Assembly: GCA_037142915.1 (NCBI GenBank)
Contig: JBAWZR010000001.1
Coordinates: 1-49,383, forward strand
DNA length: 49,383 nucleotides
Direction: 5' to 3'
Source: Candidatus Moraniibacteriota bacterium
Lineage (GTDB): Bacteria; Patescibacteriota; Minisyncoccia; Moranbacterales; UBA1568
Shown: positions 11,825-20,188 of the stretch, in pieces
How the letters are laid out: every line of letters starts with the position of its first letter
Numbering within the stretch: position 1 is the first letter of the stretch
Notes under the pieces: generated by a model
Seen by the model: the letters and a program-made list of their open reading frames with translations, nothing else
What the model was told of the DNA's origin: nothing
Database searches by the model: none
Program-made: the position numbers and the translations under genes

Positions 11825-12460
11825 ATGTCACGATTTTTGAAAAAAACATACCGCGCGATGACTTTGGTCGAAATGGTCGTTGCCATCTCTATCGCTACAC
11901 TGCTATTGTCTGCCTTCAGCGCGTTATTTATTCGGAGTCTTCGTACGAATGCCTTTATCCTCGAAGAGGGGACAACTGCCCTGACCAATCAGCGGGCGGT
12001 CGACAGGCTCGTGCAGGATATTCGTCGGGCTCGACAGGCGGACAATGGGAGTTATCCGATGGTGTCTGGTTCCGATTTTTCCTTGACCTTTTATGCCGAT
12101 TCAGATGGTGATGGTAAGACCGAACGCATCCATTATTTTTTGAGCAACGGACTGTTAAAAAAAGGTGTCCGATTGCCGACGGCCGGAACACCGGTAACGT
12201 ATGCGGCTGGTGACGCGACAGAGACCACGGTCGGCTTGGCAGTCTACAATACGAGTAGCGAACCGATATTTACCTATTACAATGCGAATTATCCTGGCGA
12301 TACAGCAAATAATCCACTCGCAACACCAGTCTCAATCGCCAATGTCCGTCTAGTGAAGGTGCATGTCGCGATGAACATTGATCCCGCTCATGCGCCCGAC
12401 AATATCAATTTCGAATCATTTGCCGAATTACGCAATCTCAACGAATATGTCTCCAACTAA
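11825..12460 (+). CDS. minor pilin-like protein (prepilin-type N-terminus)
   Basis: YRAMTLVEMVVAISIATLLLSAF is a pilin-like hydrophobic N-terminal helix with Glu. It sits in the pilus operon. Confidence 0.65.
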   Translation: MSRFLKKTYRAMTLVEMVVAISIATLLLSAFSALFIRSLRTNAFILEEGTTALTNQRAVDRLVQDIRRARQADNGSYPMVSGSDFSLTFYADSDGDGKTERIHYFLSNGLLKKGVRLPTAGTPVTYAAGDATETTVGLAVYNTSSEPIFTYYNANYPGDTANNPLATPVSIANVRLVKVHVAMNIDPAHAPDNINFESFAELRNLNEYVSN

Positions 12461-14156
12461 AATCCATTCGAATCCAATTTTTCTTCGCGGGAGCTTCCTT
12501 GTGTACGGTTTATTCGTGGTATTTTTCGTTTCTATTATTTTGACCGGCAGTCTTTCGTTTGTGGCGAATTCAACCAAGGTCAGTTTGCAGACCATTTCTC
12601 GTAACGAAGCTTTTCATGTTTCCGAGGCAGGAGTGCTGTGGTATCGATGGTATCTGGCACATATGGTCGATGGTCGCACTGCACAACAGATCCAGGCTTT
12701 TTGGACAGGAGGAACAGCATTGGGAGTGGGCGGTGCCTATACGGGTGTCTATGAAGATAGCTCGGGGCCGGTGGGACATTATAGTATTACTGTCGTTCCA
12801 CCAGCCACTGGCTCGACTATCGTCACGGTCACTTCTCAAGGGTGGATGGATAGGGATTCGACAGCAATACGAACCATCAAGGTGCGTTTTCGTCGACCAT
12901 CGTGGAGCGAATACAGTGCATTGGCCAATGATGAGATACGATTTGGCGAGGGGACAGAGGTATATGGTCGAATCCATTCGAATTTCGGTGTTCGTTTTGA
13001 CGGAGTGGCACACAATATCATAACAAGTTCGGTGGCATCGTATGATGACCCTGATCATTGTGAGGGAGCTCTTCATTGGGATGGAAGTAAGTGGGTATGC
13101 AATTTCAGTAGAGATGAGTTTGGCGTACACACTCACGCGAACGCACCATCAGGGAGCGGAGTGAATGACTCTTATCGTTCTGCCGAGGCTCCGCCGAGTG
13201 CGGTACCGGCACGAATAGATGTGTTTCAGGCCGGGCGGACTTTCCCGGTTCCGACGGTGGATTTCAATGGCGTGTTGGCGGATCTGAATCTGATGAAGGG
13301 GCAGGCCTGCACCTATAATTCGAACACACCGCCACAGTGCACGGTCGTGAATAATTGCTCGGCAGCCGGGTGTTATTTTGATACGACAGGAGTCGGACGG
13401 CAGATCGTTTTGAAAGCGAATGGCACTTATGATGTGTATACGGTGAATTCACTTGATGCGACGACGAATAATATCAATGATTATATGGGGACAAAGAATA
13501 GTGATGGTACCGGTTCCGCTTGTACGACGGGTATCACGACGAGTGGGCCGAATACCATGTGTAAAGATACGACCAGTAATCCGAAGTGTTATTGTGCCAA
13601 GAAAAATTATAAGATTCCTGATAACGGTATTATTTTTGTGGAGGATAATATTTGGCTTGACTCCAATCTCATCAGTGGGACGAATTTTGAGAAGTTCGAT
13701 AAAAGCTATCAGGGCGCTACGCTGATGAATGGTGAAGCAAAAGTATCAATTGTGGCAGCGAATATTTCGGGTGGTTCCGCTGCAAATATGTTTTTGGGCG
13801 GGACACCGATCCAATATGCTCGATCAGATGGGAGTACTATCTTGGGAATTATTGGCCAAAAAGACATAGAAATTATTAAAAATAGTCAGGATCATTTGAG
13901 AATAGACGGAGCTTTATTGGCTCAGACCGGTCGCGTTGGGCGGGCTAATTATGGCTCTTCTGATCATAGATCTGACATCACGGTGAATGGCGCGATCGCT
14001 ACCAATCAGCGGTATGGTTTCGCATGGACAAACGGCTCACTTGATTGGGGATATACCACACGTAATCTCATTTTCGATAATAATCTCCTCTATTATCCGC
14101 CGCCTTTCTTCCCGACGGGCACGCAATATTTGATGGATCTGTGGGAAGAGCTATAA
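12447..14156 (+). CDS. large pilus-operon protein with N-terminal membrane anchor (PilX-like / tip-adhesin candidate)
   Basis: ATG 12447 (MSPTKIHSNPIFLRGSFLVYGLFVVFFVSIILTGS) overlaps the previous stop by 14 nt. 569 aa, Cys-containing and Gly/Thr/Asn-rich extracellular-looking body. No family recognised. Confidence 0.5.
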   Translation: MSPTKIHSNPIFLRGSFLVYGLFVVFFVSIILTGSLSFVANSTKVSLQTISRNEAFHVSEAGVLWYRWYLAHMVDGRTAQQIQAFWTGGTALGVGGAYTGVYEDSSGPVGHYSITVVPPATGSTIVTVTSQGWMDRDSTAIRTIKVRFRRPSWSEYSALANDEIRFGEGTEVYGRIHSNFGVRFDGVAHNIITSSVASYDDPDHCEGALHWDGSKWVCNFSRDEFGVHTHANAPSGSGVNDSYRSAEAPPSAVPARIDVFQAGRTFPVPTVDFNGVLADLNLMKGQACTYNSNTPPQCTVVNNCSAAGCYFDTTGVGRQIVLKANGTYDVYTVNSLDATTNNINDYMGTKNSDGTGSACTTGITTSGPNTMCKDTTSNPKCYCAKKNYKIPDNGIIFVEDNIWLDSNLISGTNFEKFDKSYQGATLMNGEAKVSIVAANISGGSAANMFLGGTPIQYARSDGSTILGIIGQKDIEIIKNSQDHLRIDGALLAQTGRVGRANYGSSDHRSDITVNGAIATNQRYGFAWTNGSLDWGYTTRNLIFDNNLLYYPPPFFPTGTQYLMDLWEEL

Positions 14157-14202
14157 TAGGAAGAGGAACAGATTGGAAAATTCCAAAAACAAAAAACAAA
14201 AT

Positions 14203-15312
14203 ATGTCTTTTTTGCAGACAAACATTTTTTCTTCGCAGAGGGTGCCGGTTGGTTTGGATTTGAGCGATCTTTCCTTGAAGCTCGTGTGGATTAGTCATGG
14301 CTCCAAATGGGATCGGATACGGAGTTTCAGTTCGATTGCACTCGCTCCCGGTGTTATCGTTGATGGTGAGATCGTCCAGGAGGAGAAGGTAGTCGAAGCT
14401 ATCCGGAAACTTTTTGCACAGAGCGGTCCTGAGAAAATCACTTCGCGGCAGGTGTTTTGTTCCCTCCCTGAGATGAAAGTTTTTCTTCGCGTGATTATGC
14501 TTCCGCGAATCGAAAAGGAAGAATTGGCGGAGGCCGTGAAATGGGAAGTGGAAGGGAATATCCCTTTGTCGCTCGATCAGATTTATTATGATTACCATAT
14601 TCTTGATGATGAGCTTGCTTTTTTGGGTAATGAGAAACAGCAATCTGTCCTCGTGGTGGCTGTGGCAAGAACCATCGTCGACCAGTATGTTCGGGTAATC
14701 GAAAAAGCGGGACTGGAAGTGGTTGGTTTGGAAACGGAATCACTGGCTCAGGCGAGAATTTTTGCACCGCCGCCCTCCGATCCCCCTACCACGACACTTA
14801 TCGTCGATTTGGGTGATCGGCGTACGAGTTTTTTGATTTCCGTAGGCAATGTCCCTCTGTTCACCTCGAGCAGTCATTTGTCGGCACAGATGTTCACTGA
14901 TATTCTTTCCAAGACATTGCGGGTTTCTTTTGACGAAGCGGAGTGGTTGAAACGGCAATACGGTATTGAAAACAAATCGAATGATAATCCTCTGCAGGGT
15001 TTGTTGGATAGAGCATTGAATGATGTGGTTTCGGAGATCGAACGAGCTATGGATTTTTATAATGGTAGCTTGAATTATACACCATCAATCGATCGCATTC
15101 TTTTGTGTGGCGGTGGTTCCAACCTTCTTGGATTGGTTCCATATCTGGCACAGCGGCTGCAGCGTTCTGTTGAGAAAGGTGATCCATGGGTGACACTTCG
15201 GCTCGGTCACAAGATTCCGTCAATCCCTTTTGAGGAATCATCTCAATTTTCAACAGCACTCGGTTTATCGTTAGGAGGGATTAACTCTTCCATTTATGCG
15301 TCTACAAATTAA
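14203..15312 (+). CDS. pilM: type IV pilus assembly protein PilM (actin-like ATPase fold)
   Basis: VGLDLSDLSLKLV... N-terminus, LIVDLGDRRTS, and ILLCGGGSNLLGLVPYLAQRL are typical PilM/FtsA-like motifs. ATG 14203 is preferred over TTG 14173. Confidence 0.85.
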   Translation: MSFLQTNIFSSQRVPVGLDLSDLSLKLVWISHGSKWDRIRSFSSIALAPGVIVDGEIVQEEKVVEAIRKLFAQSGPEKITSRQVFCSLPEMKVFLRVIMLPRIEKEELAEAVKWEVEGNIPLSLDQIYYDYHILDDELAFLGNEKQQSVLVVAVARTIVDQYVRVIEKAGLEVVGLETESLAQARIFAPPPSDPPTTTLIVDLGDRRTSFLISVGNVPLFTSSSHLSAQMFTDILSKTLRVSFDEAEWLKRQYGIENKSNDNPLQGLLDRALNDVVSEIERAMDFYNGSLNYTPSIDRILLCGGGSNLLGLVPYLAQRLQRSVEKGDPWVTLRLGHKIPSIPFEESSQFSTALGLSLGGINSSIYASTN

Positions 15313-15856
15313 CCTTCTCTCACCCGAACGGAAACAACAGGCAACTGATTGGCAGTGGTTTCGTTTTGTCATAAATCAGTGCGTGAATGTGGGAATGCTT
15401 GCCGTCCTCGTATTTGGAATATTATGGGGGATTGGCTGGATGCTCAATCAACGACTGATGTTGTTGGACATTTCTGCTGGTGACAAACAAAATGTTCAGA
15501 CGACCAAGGACTTGGAGGGATATCAGAAGGAAATCCAAGCCGTCAATGCGACGACACAAAAGACTATTACTCGCGAGAACAAACAACCGAAGTGGTCGAA
15601 ATTATTCGAGAAGATGGAATCACTGGTTTCCGCAGAGATCGTTCTTGATAGTGTTACGAACGCGGATTATCAAGTGACGATAACCGGGCAGGCGGATAAC
15701 CGGGATGCGCTTATGAGTTTTCGGGATCGGCTCGCTCAGGATGGTTGTTTCGATGATGTCCGGTTGCCGCTTTCCAATCTTTTTTCTCAGGAAAAAGTGA
15801 TTTTTCAGATAGAAGTGATTATACACACGGAATGTCTTAAAGTCCCTCTCTTATGA
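15296..15856 (+). CDS. pilN: PilN-like fimbrial assembly protein
   Basis: MRLQINLLSPERK start, a single TM helix, and position after pilM with a 17-nt overlap. Confidence 0.7.
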   Translation: MRLQINLLSPERKQQATDWQWFRFVINQCVNVGMLAVLVFGILWGIGWMLNQRLMLLDISAGDKQNVQTTKDLEGYQKEIQAVNATTQKTITRENKQPKWSKLFEKMESLVSAEIVLDSVTNADYQVTITGQADNRDALMSFRDRLAQDGCFDDVRLPLSNLFSQEKVIFQIEVIIHTECLKVPLL

Positions 15857-16623
15857 AAATGAACCGTTCAACTTATCGGATAGGTGCGGCGATTGTGGCG
15901 AGCCTGATGGTATACGCTTTGGTTGCTTTTTTTGTGATTCGCCCGATGTGGTTGAAAAATCAGGCGCAATTGAACCAGATCCAAGAGCGCACCGTCGACG
16001 AGGAGGTTGTTCTCCTGAAACAGCAACGATTGCCCGTTATCCGAGATCAGGTGGAGCGCGTCCGTCAGGCGTCGGGTGATTTGGCAGTTACCGCGTCGGC
16101 GAATGACCCTATTCGTTGGGTGCAGGATTTGGAAACGCTTGCCAAGGATACGGGGAATACTATCGCTATCGAGATCGACGACACGATTTCCCCGAAGCCC
16201 AAACTCCCCGAAAAAAACGCAGCCACTACGGGAGCGCCGGAGAGTAGTACCGGGAGTAAGCCAGCGGCGCCCGTTGCTCCAGTGGCTCCCACAACAAAAA
16301 TCGTGAAGAAATCTATTCGTGATGATATCGGATCCACTACGGGACAGGGTTTACGACTGACGATTATGGGAGATTATTTTTCTTTGACGGCTTTTCTTAA
16401 AAAATTGGAATTGCTGCCATACTATGTAGATGTTCTCTCAATTTCTTTTTCCAAGACCGATACACCGAGTGGTGCGACTCCTGCATCCTCGTCGACGCCT
16501 CGAAATATTTTTCAAACGACAACCGGCAGTACTACGCCGACTGCTCCATCTGTATCGAATGATATTCGCCCGATGCAAGCAGTTCTTGGTGTGGTAGTCG
16601 CGCTTCCGGAAACTAACCAATAA
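15853..16623 (+). CDS. pilO: PilO-like pilus assembly protein with low-complexity Pro/Thr/Ala linker
   Basis: N-terminal TM helix followed by coiled-coil (LKNQAQLNQIQERT). 4-nt overlap with pilN. The assignment is positional. Confidence 0.5.
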   Translation: MKMNRSTYRIGAAIVASLMVYALVAFFVIRPMWLKNQAQLNQIQERTVDEEVVLLKQQRLPVIRDQVERVRQASGDLAVTASANDPIRWVQDLETLAKDTGNTIAIEIDDTISPKPKLPEKNAATTGAPESSTGSKPAAPVAPVAPTTKIVKKSIRDDIGSTTGQGLRLTIMGDYFSLTAFLKKLELLPYYVDVLSISFSKTDTPSGATPASSSTPRNIFQTTTGSTTPTAPSVSNDIRPMQAVLGVVVALPETNQ

Positions 16624-16635
16624 AGAGCTTCGGTT

Positions 16636-16965
16636 ATGACAGGACCAAAAATACTTGCCAAAATCAAAAAGTTTTCCGCCACGTTTTTCCGTTGGTGGCT
16701 TCGTCATCAGTGGGTAGTTTTTCTTGGCGTGTGTTTTCTTGTGGTCGTTGTCGGGGTCTGGGAGGGGAATCATGAGGTGTATCTTTTTCGGTGGACGGAT
16801 GACCGAAAAATTGAGTATCGTAACGAGAATTTGAAGCTGATTCAATTCAAAGAGAGTGCTTTTCAGCAGGCATTGGATCTGGTTCACAAGAGGCAATCTG
16901 AATTTTCAGTTCAAACAGGGGGTAGTCATGATATCTTTGGTGCCGGGAAGGTTCATACTCCGTGA
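16636..16965 (+). CDS. hypothetical single-pass membrane protein (last gene of the pilus operon)
   Basis: 109-aa ORF with one TM segment (WVVFLGVCFLVVVVGVW). Same strand, 12 nt after pilO. Confidence 0.4.
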   Translation: MTGPKILAKIKKFSATFFRWWLRHQWVVFLGVCFLVVVVGVWEGNHEVYLFRWTDDRKIEYRNENLKLIQFKESAFQQALDLVHKRQSEFSVQTGGSHDIFGAGKVHTP

Positions 16966-16975
16966 TTGGCTTCTC

Positions 16976-17004
16976 TTGCGTTTTCCTCCGGCTTTTGGTA
17001 TACT
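16976..17004 (+). promoter_or_regulatory. candidate sigma70-type promoter for the tRNA cluster
   Basis: TTGCGT, 17-nt spacer, TATACT preceded by TGG (extended -10-like), about 78 nt upstream of tRNA-Ile. Sequence pattern only. Confidence 0.3.
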
Positions 17005-17081
17005 CTCCATAAGAAGGTCTGAGTGCTTTTTTATTTTGGCGAAAAGAGAGCTTTTTGGGTGAGGGTTGGTTTACCACTATC

Positions 17082-17158
17082 GGGTGATTAGCTCAGTTGG
17101 TTAGAGCGCGACACTGATAATGTCGAGGTCTGAGGTTCGAATCCTCAATCACCCACCA
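17082..17158 (+). tRNA. tRNA-Ile (anticodon GAT), CCA encoded
   Basis: Cloverleaf read by eye: acceptor GGGTGAT/ATCACCC, D arm GCTC...GAGC, anticodon arm CGACA-CTGATAA-TGTCG, T arm with GGTTCGAATCC, and 3' ACCA. Confidence 0.95.
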
Positions 17159-17183
17159 TCTGAGAGAGTAGAGACAATGTGTT

Positions 17184-17437
17184 TATATATCGCTGGGTAG
17201 AGCAGGACTCGATAAGTCAGCTCGTATAGGAACAGTTGAGAAAGTAGAATCGTTGTGTTTCAGGAAAGTATATATCGTGAGACAGAGCAGGGTCTATGGT
17301 GACAGCTCGTACGGGGACAGTATTAGAAGGAAAGTTTTGTGTTTTGTGAGAATATATATCGCGGGGTAGAGCAGGACTCGATAAGTCAGCTCGTATAGGA
17401 ACAGTTGAGAAAGTAGAATCGTTGTGTTTCAGGAAAG
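17184..17437 (+). repeat. three tandem 84-85 nt pseudo-units, each starting with TATATAT plus the 5' acceptor/D-arm sequence of the downstream tRNA-Met
   Basis: Units are 17184-17268, 17269-17352 and 17353-17437. Units 1 and 3 differ by one base as read (cgcTgggtag vs cgcGgggtag). Unit 2 is diverged. All share TATATATCG..G..AGAGCAGG...AGCTCGTA with the true tRNA at 17445. None has a matching 3' acceptor strand. Confidence 0.8.
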
Positions 17438-17444
17438 TATATAT

Positions 17445-17518
17445 CGCGGGGTAGAGCAGTCTGGCAGCTCGTCTGGCTCATAACCAGGAGGTCGTGGGTT
17501 CAAATCCCACCCCCGCAA
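17445..17518 (+). tRNA. tRNA-Met (anticodon CAT), initiator-like
   Basis: CGCGGGG...CCCCGCA acceptor with a C1/A72 mismatch (bacterial initiator hallmark). Anticodon loop CTCATAA. T arm GTGGG-TTCAAAT-CCCAC. No CCA encoded. The anticodon stem has only two of the usual three G-C pairs next to the loop. Confidence 0.9.
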
Positions 17519-17617
17519 CAAAGAGAAAAATCGAAACGGGGGAGCGAACCAACTGCTTGGTTCGCGTTGGGATTTGAAGGGGTGGCGCGTCTCGCGCGAC
17601 AACCCAGGCCTGGAGGG

Positions 17618-17636
17618 AAATCCCACCCCCGCAACA
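17618..17636 (+). repeat. 19-nt direct repeat of the tRNA-Met 3' end (copy of 17502-17520)
   Basis: AAATCCCACCCCCGCAACA occurs at 17502-17520 (T arm/acceptor of the tRNA) and again at 17618-17636, separated by 97 nt. Confidence 0.85.
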
Positions 17637-17648
17637 TTTATAGTATTT

Positions 17649-17722
17649 GGCAGGGTAGCTCAGCTGGTTAGAGCACAGCCTTCATAAGGCTGGGGTCGTG
17701 GGTCCGAGTCCCACCCCTGCTA
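17649..17722 (+). tRNA. tRNA with CAT anticodon (elongator Met or Ile2/lysidine type)
   Basis: GGCAGGG/CCCTGCT acceptor (G1-U72), D arm GCTC...GAGC, anticodon arm CAGCC-TTCATAA-GGCTG, T arm GTGGG-TCCGAGT-CCCAC. Confidence 0.9.
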
Positions 17723-17729
17723 CAAAATT

Positions 17730-19556
17730 ATGTCCGAAGAATCATCCAAGAAAAATATCACCTTCCCAGTAAGAGTGATTTTTCACTATTATTGGCAGTC
17801 AATGCGACCCTACAAGTGGCAGGTGGTTTTTACTTTTGTCGCGTATGGTTTTGCATCACTCATTGCGAATGTTTTCCAGCCACTCATATTTCGGAAAATT
17901 ATTGATGTTATTTCTTCAAATGGTATAGAAAAAATGTTGTTGGCGAACGGTTTATGGTGGTGGTTTTGGTGTTTTGTGATCGTAACAGTTATTTATCAAT
18001 GCTTCTTTCGAGTCGGGGATTTTTTTATTGTTCGTACGGAAAGTATTGTGATGAAGGATTTGGCAGATCGAGCTTTTTCTGACTTACATAGACACAGTTA
18101 TCAGTTTTTTTCCAATTCTTTTTCCGGGAGTCTGGTGGCAAAATCAAAACGATTCGTGGCGGGTTTCGAGGATTTGTACGATAGCATCATTTTCAATTTT
18201 TGGATGACTTTCGTACAAGTCGCGGGAATATTTGTCACACTTTTTGTTTTGACCCCACTCATTTCGGCATTCTTTTTCTTTTTTGTTATTGTGTATGTTT
18301 GGTTTTCTTGGTGGGTGATGATGAAGAAATCGCCTTATGATGAACAATCTTCCGAAGAAGACTCTAAATTAACTGCCAAACTTTCAGATGTACTCTCGAA
18401 TGCTTTGACGGTGAAAACATTTTCAGCCGAACAAAACGAGATAGATTCTTTTGCAGAAACGAGTAACTCATGGGAGCGAGCTCGTCGTAAAGCGTGGAAT
18501 TTTCAGAATATTGCCATCACGGGGCAGACGGTATTGCTTGGTGTGCTCGAGCTCGTGGCTGTGGGGATTTCTCTCTACTTATGGCTGAAGGGAAACATCA
18601 CTTCCGGGACAGTAGTATTGGTCCAGCTCTATGTTGGGAATCTCTTCGGTGCATTGTTCCAGTTGAATCGAGTGTTTGGACGGGTTATTCGTCGGCTTGC
18701 TGATGCGTCCGAGATGATCGAGATATTTGAGACGCCGACTGAAGTGGCGGATATTGTCGAACCGAAGAAATTGGAGAAGGTGAAGGGCGAGTTGGTGCTC
18801 AATAATCTAACATTTAAATATGCTGATGGTGCGCCGGTGTTTGAAAAGCTTTCGGTGCGATTTCGAGCGGGGGAGAAGGTCGGGATTGTCGGGTCGAGTG
18901 GCGCGGGCAAATCGACCCTGACGAAACTCTTGTTGCGATTCCTCGATCCTAATGCGGGCTCGGTGACCATTGATGGTGTGGATATCCGCGAGTTGGCGCA
19001 GGCCGACGTGCGGCGGATGATCGCCTATGTGCCTCAGGAGCCAGCACTCTTTCATCGTACTCTGCGGGAGAATATCGCCTATGCGCACCCGGAGGCATCG
19101 ATGGACGAAGTAATCCGTGTGGCGAAATTGGCTCACGCTCATGAATTCATTGAGAAGCTGTCCAATGGTTATGAGACGCTCGTGGGCGAACGCGGAGTGA
19201 AGCTCTCGGGTGGAGAGCGCCAACGGGTAGCCATCGCGCGCGCGATACTCAAAGATGCTCCAATCCTCATCCTCGACGAGGCCACGAGTGCGCTTGATAC
19301 GATCAGTGAGCAATATATCCAAGAGGCACTCGATGTCTTGATGCAAGGGCGGACGACCCTCGTGATCGCGCATCGCTTGAGCACAGTACGCAAGATGGAT
19401 CGGATCATCGTGTTTGAGGAGGGTGTTATTGTCGAGGAGGGAACACACGACGAACTTGTAGCGAGGGGAGGCGTCTATGCCGGTTTTTGGGTACGCCAGA
19501 CCAGCGGTTTTATTGACGAATTCGATGAAAGTGCTACACTGGAAATACTTGCGTAA
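17730..19556 (+). CDS. ABC transporter, fused permease/ATP-binding protein (MsbA/MdlB-type exporter)
   Basis: 608 aa with an N-terminal 6-TM-like domain. Walker A GSSGAGKSTL, signature LSGGERQRVAIARA, Walker B ILILDEATSALD. Confidence 0.9.
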   Translation: MSEESSKKNITFPVRVIFHYYWQSMRPYKWQVVFTFVAYGFASLIANVFQPLIFRKIIDVISSNGIEKMLLANGLWWWFWCFVIVTVIYQCFFRVGDFFIVRTESIVMKDLADRAFSDLHRHSYQFFSNSFSGSLVAKSKRFVAGFEDLYDSIIFNFWMTFVQVAGIFVTLFVLTPLISAFFFFFVIVYVWFSWWVMMKKSPYDEQSSEEDSKLTAKLSDVLSNALTVKTFSAEQNEIDSFAETSNSWERARRKAWNFQNIAITGQTVLLGVLELVAVGISLYLWLKGNITSGTVVLVQLYVGNLFGALFQLNRVFGRVIRRLADASEMIEIFETPTEVADIVEPKKLEKVKGELVLNNLTFKYADGAPVFEKLSVRFRAGEKVGIVGSSGAGKSTLTKLLLRFLDPNAGSVTIDGVDIRELAQADVRRMIAYVPQEPALFHRTLRENIAYAHPEASMDEVIRVAKLAHAHEFIEKLSNGYETLVGERGVKLSGGERQRVAIARAILKDAPILILDEATSALDTISEQYIQEALDVLMQGRTTLVIAHRLSTVRKMDRIIVFEEGVIVEEGTHDELVARGGVYAGFWVRQTSGFIDEFDESATLEILA

Positions 19557-19577
19557 GTAAGAGGTTTTTGTTTTTTT

Positions 19578-19651
19578 GGACTGGTAGCTCAGTTGGTTAG
19601 AGCACTACCCTGTCACGGTAGGGGTCGCGAGTTCGAGTCTCGTCCAGTCCG
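19578..19651 (+). tRNA. tRNA-Asp (anticodon GTC)
   Basis: GGACTGG/CCAGTCC acceptor, anticodon arm CTACC-CTGTCAC-GGTAG, T arm GCGAG-TTCGAGT-CTCGT. Confidence 0.95.
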
Positions 19652-19660
19652 CATCGATTA

Positions 19661-19686
19661 CAAGGCTTATTTGAGCCTTGTTTTTT
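19661..19686 (+). terminator. intrinsic terminator after tRNA-Asp
   Basis: CAAGGCT-tatttg-AGCCTTG followed by TTTTTT. Confidence 0.7.
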
Positions 19687-19963
19687 GTAGTCTACAAACG
19701 GGACTCGAACAGAGAGTCTGATGTCGCCGGTAATCCTCGCCAATGTTATAATACGCTTGTTGAGAGATACAATTCATTTTTTTGTTTTCCTGATAGGTTG
19801 ATCTTAGAATTTTAAGGAGTATATAGTGTATCAATTATACATTTTAGGATACATAGAGGTGTGGCATGTTTTTAGGTTCTTCTTTTGTTATCTCGCTGTT
19901 AATAATGGTAGCGAGATAGTCAGGAGGCGATTCCTCCCAGTTCTTTATATTAGGAGAAGGACG

Positions 19964-20080
19964 ATGCAAGTTGAAACAATAGCTGATGCAAAGACAAGTG
20001 CTCAGAAAGATCAGGTTATTGCGCGTATTTTAGCGCAACTTAAAGCTGGTAATGGTGCTTGTCAAGGCTGTGAAAGTTAG
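19964..20080 (+). CDS. 38-aa Cys-containing peptide (candidate precursor peptide)
   Basis: AGGAGAAGG lies 4 nt upstream of ATG 19964. Sequence is MQVETIADAKTSAQKDQVIARILAQLKAGNGACQGCES: a helical-looking N-part and a small C-terminal C-x-G-C tail. A strong hairpin follows. The longer ORF 19826..20080 is not supported. Confidence 0.5.
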   Translation: MQVETIADAKTSAQKDQVIARILAQLKAGNGACQGCES

Positions 20081-20115
20081 CCACTACATCAAGCGAATGT
20101 AGTTGGTTCCATTGT

Positions 20116-20157
20116 CCTAGCGTTTCGTAATATACGAAGCGCTAGGATTTATTTTTT
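20116..20157 (+). terminator. hairpin plus T-tract after the small peptide gene (terminator/attenuator)
   Basis: CCTAGCGTTTCG-taatata-CGAAGCGCTAGG (12 bp, one G-U), then ATTTATTTTTT. Confidence 0.55.
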
Positions 20158-20188
20158 ACATTAGGCCAAATAAAGACAGGAGGCCGCA

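Noticed and set aside
17184-17444. Regularly spaced repeats near the tRNAs as a possible CRISPR array
   Set aside because: The units are 84-85 nt long and directly adjoining, with no short conserved repeat plus unique spacer organisation. They are partial tRNA copies. No cas genes are in the window.
17429-17626. 65-aa minus-strand ORF (…GWDLNPRPPGYEPDELPDCSTPR…)
   Set aside because: It is antisense to the tRNA-Met gene and its 3' duplication. This peptide pattern is the usual artefact of translating a tRNA.
19826-19963. Long form (84 aa) of the small-peptide ORF starting at 19826
   Set aside because: The upstream part (MYQLYILGYIEVWHVFRFFFCYL…) has no RBS and runs through two hairpins (19898-19928 and 19922-19937). 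A good RBS precedes the internal ATG at 19964.
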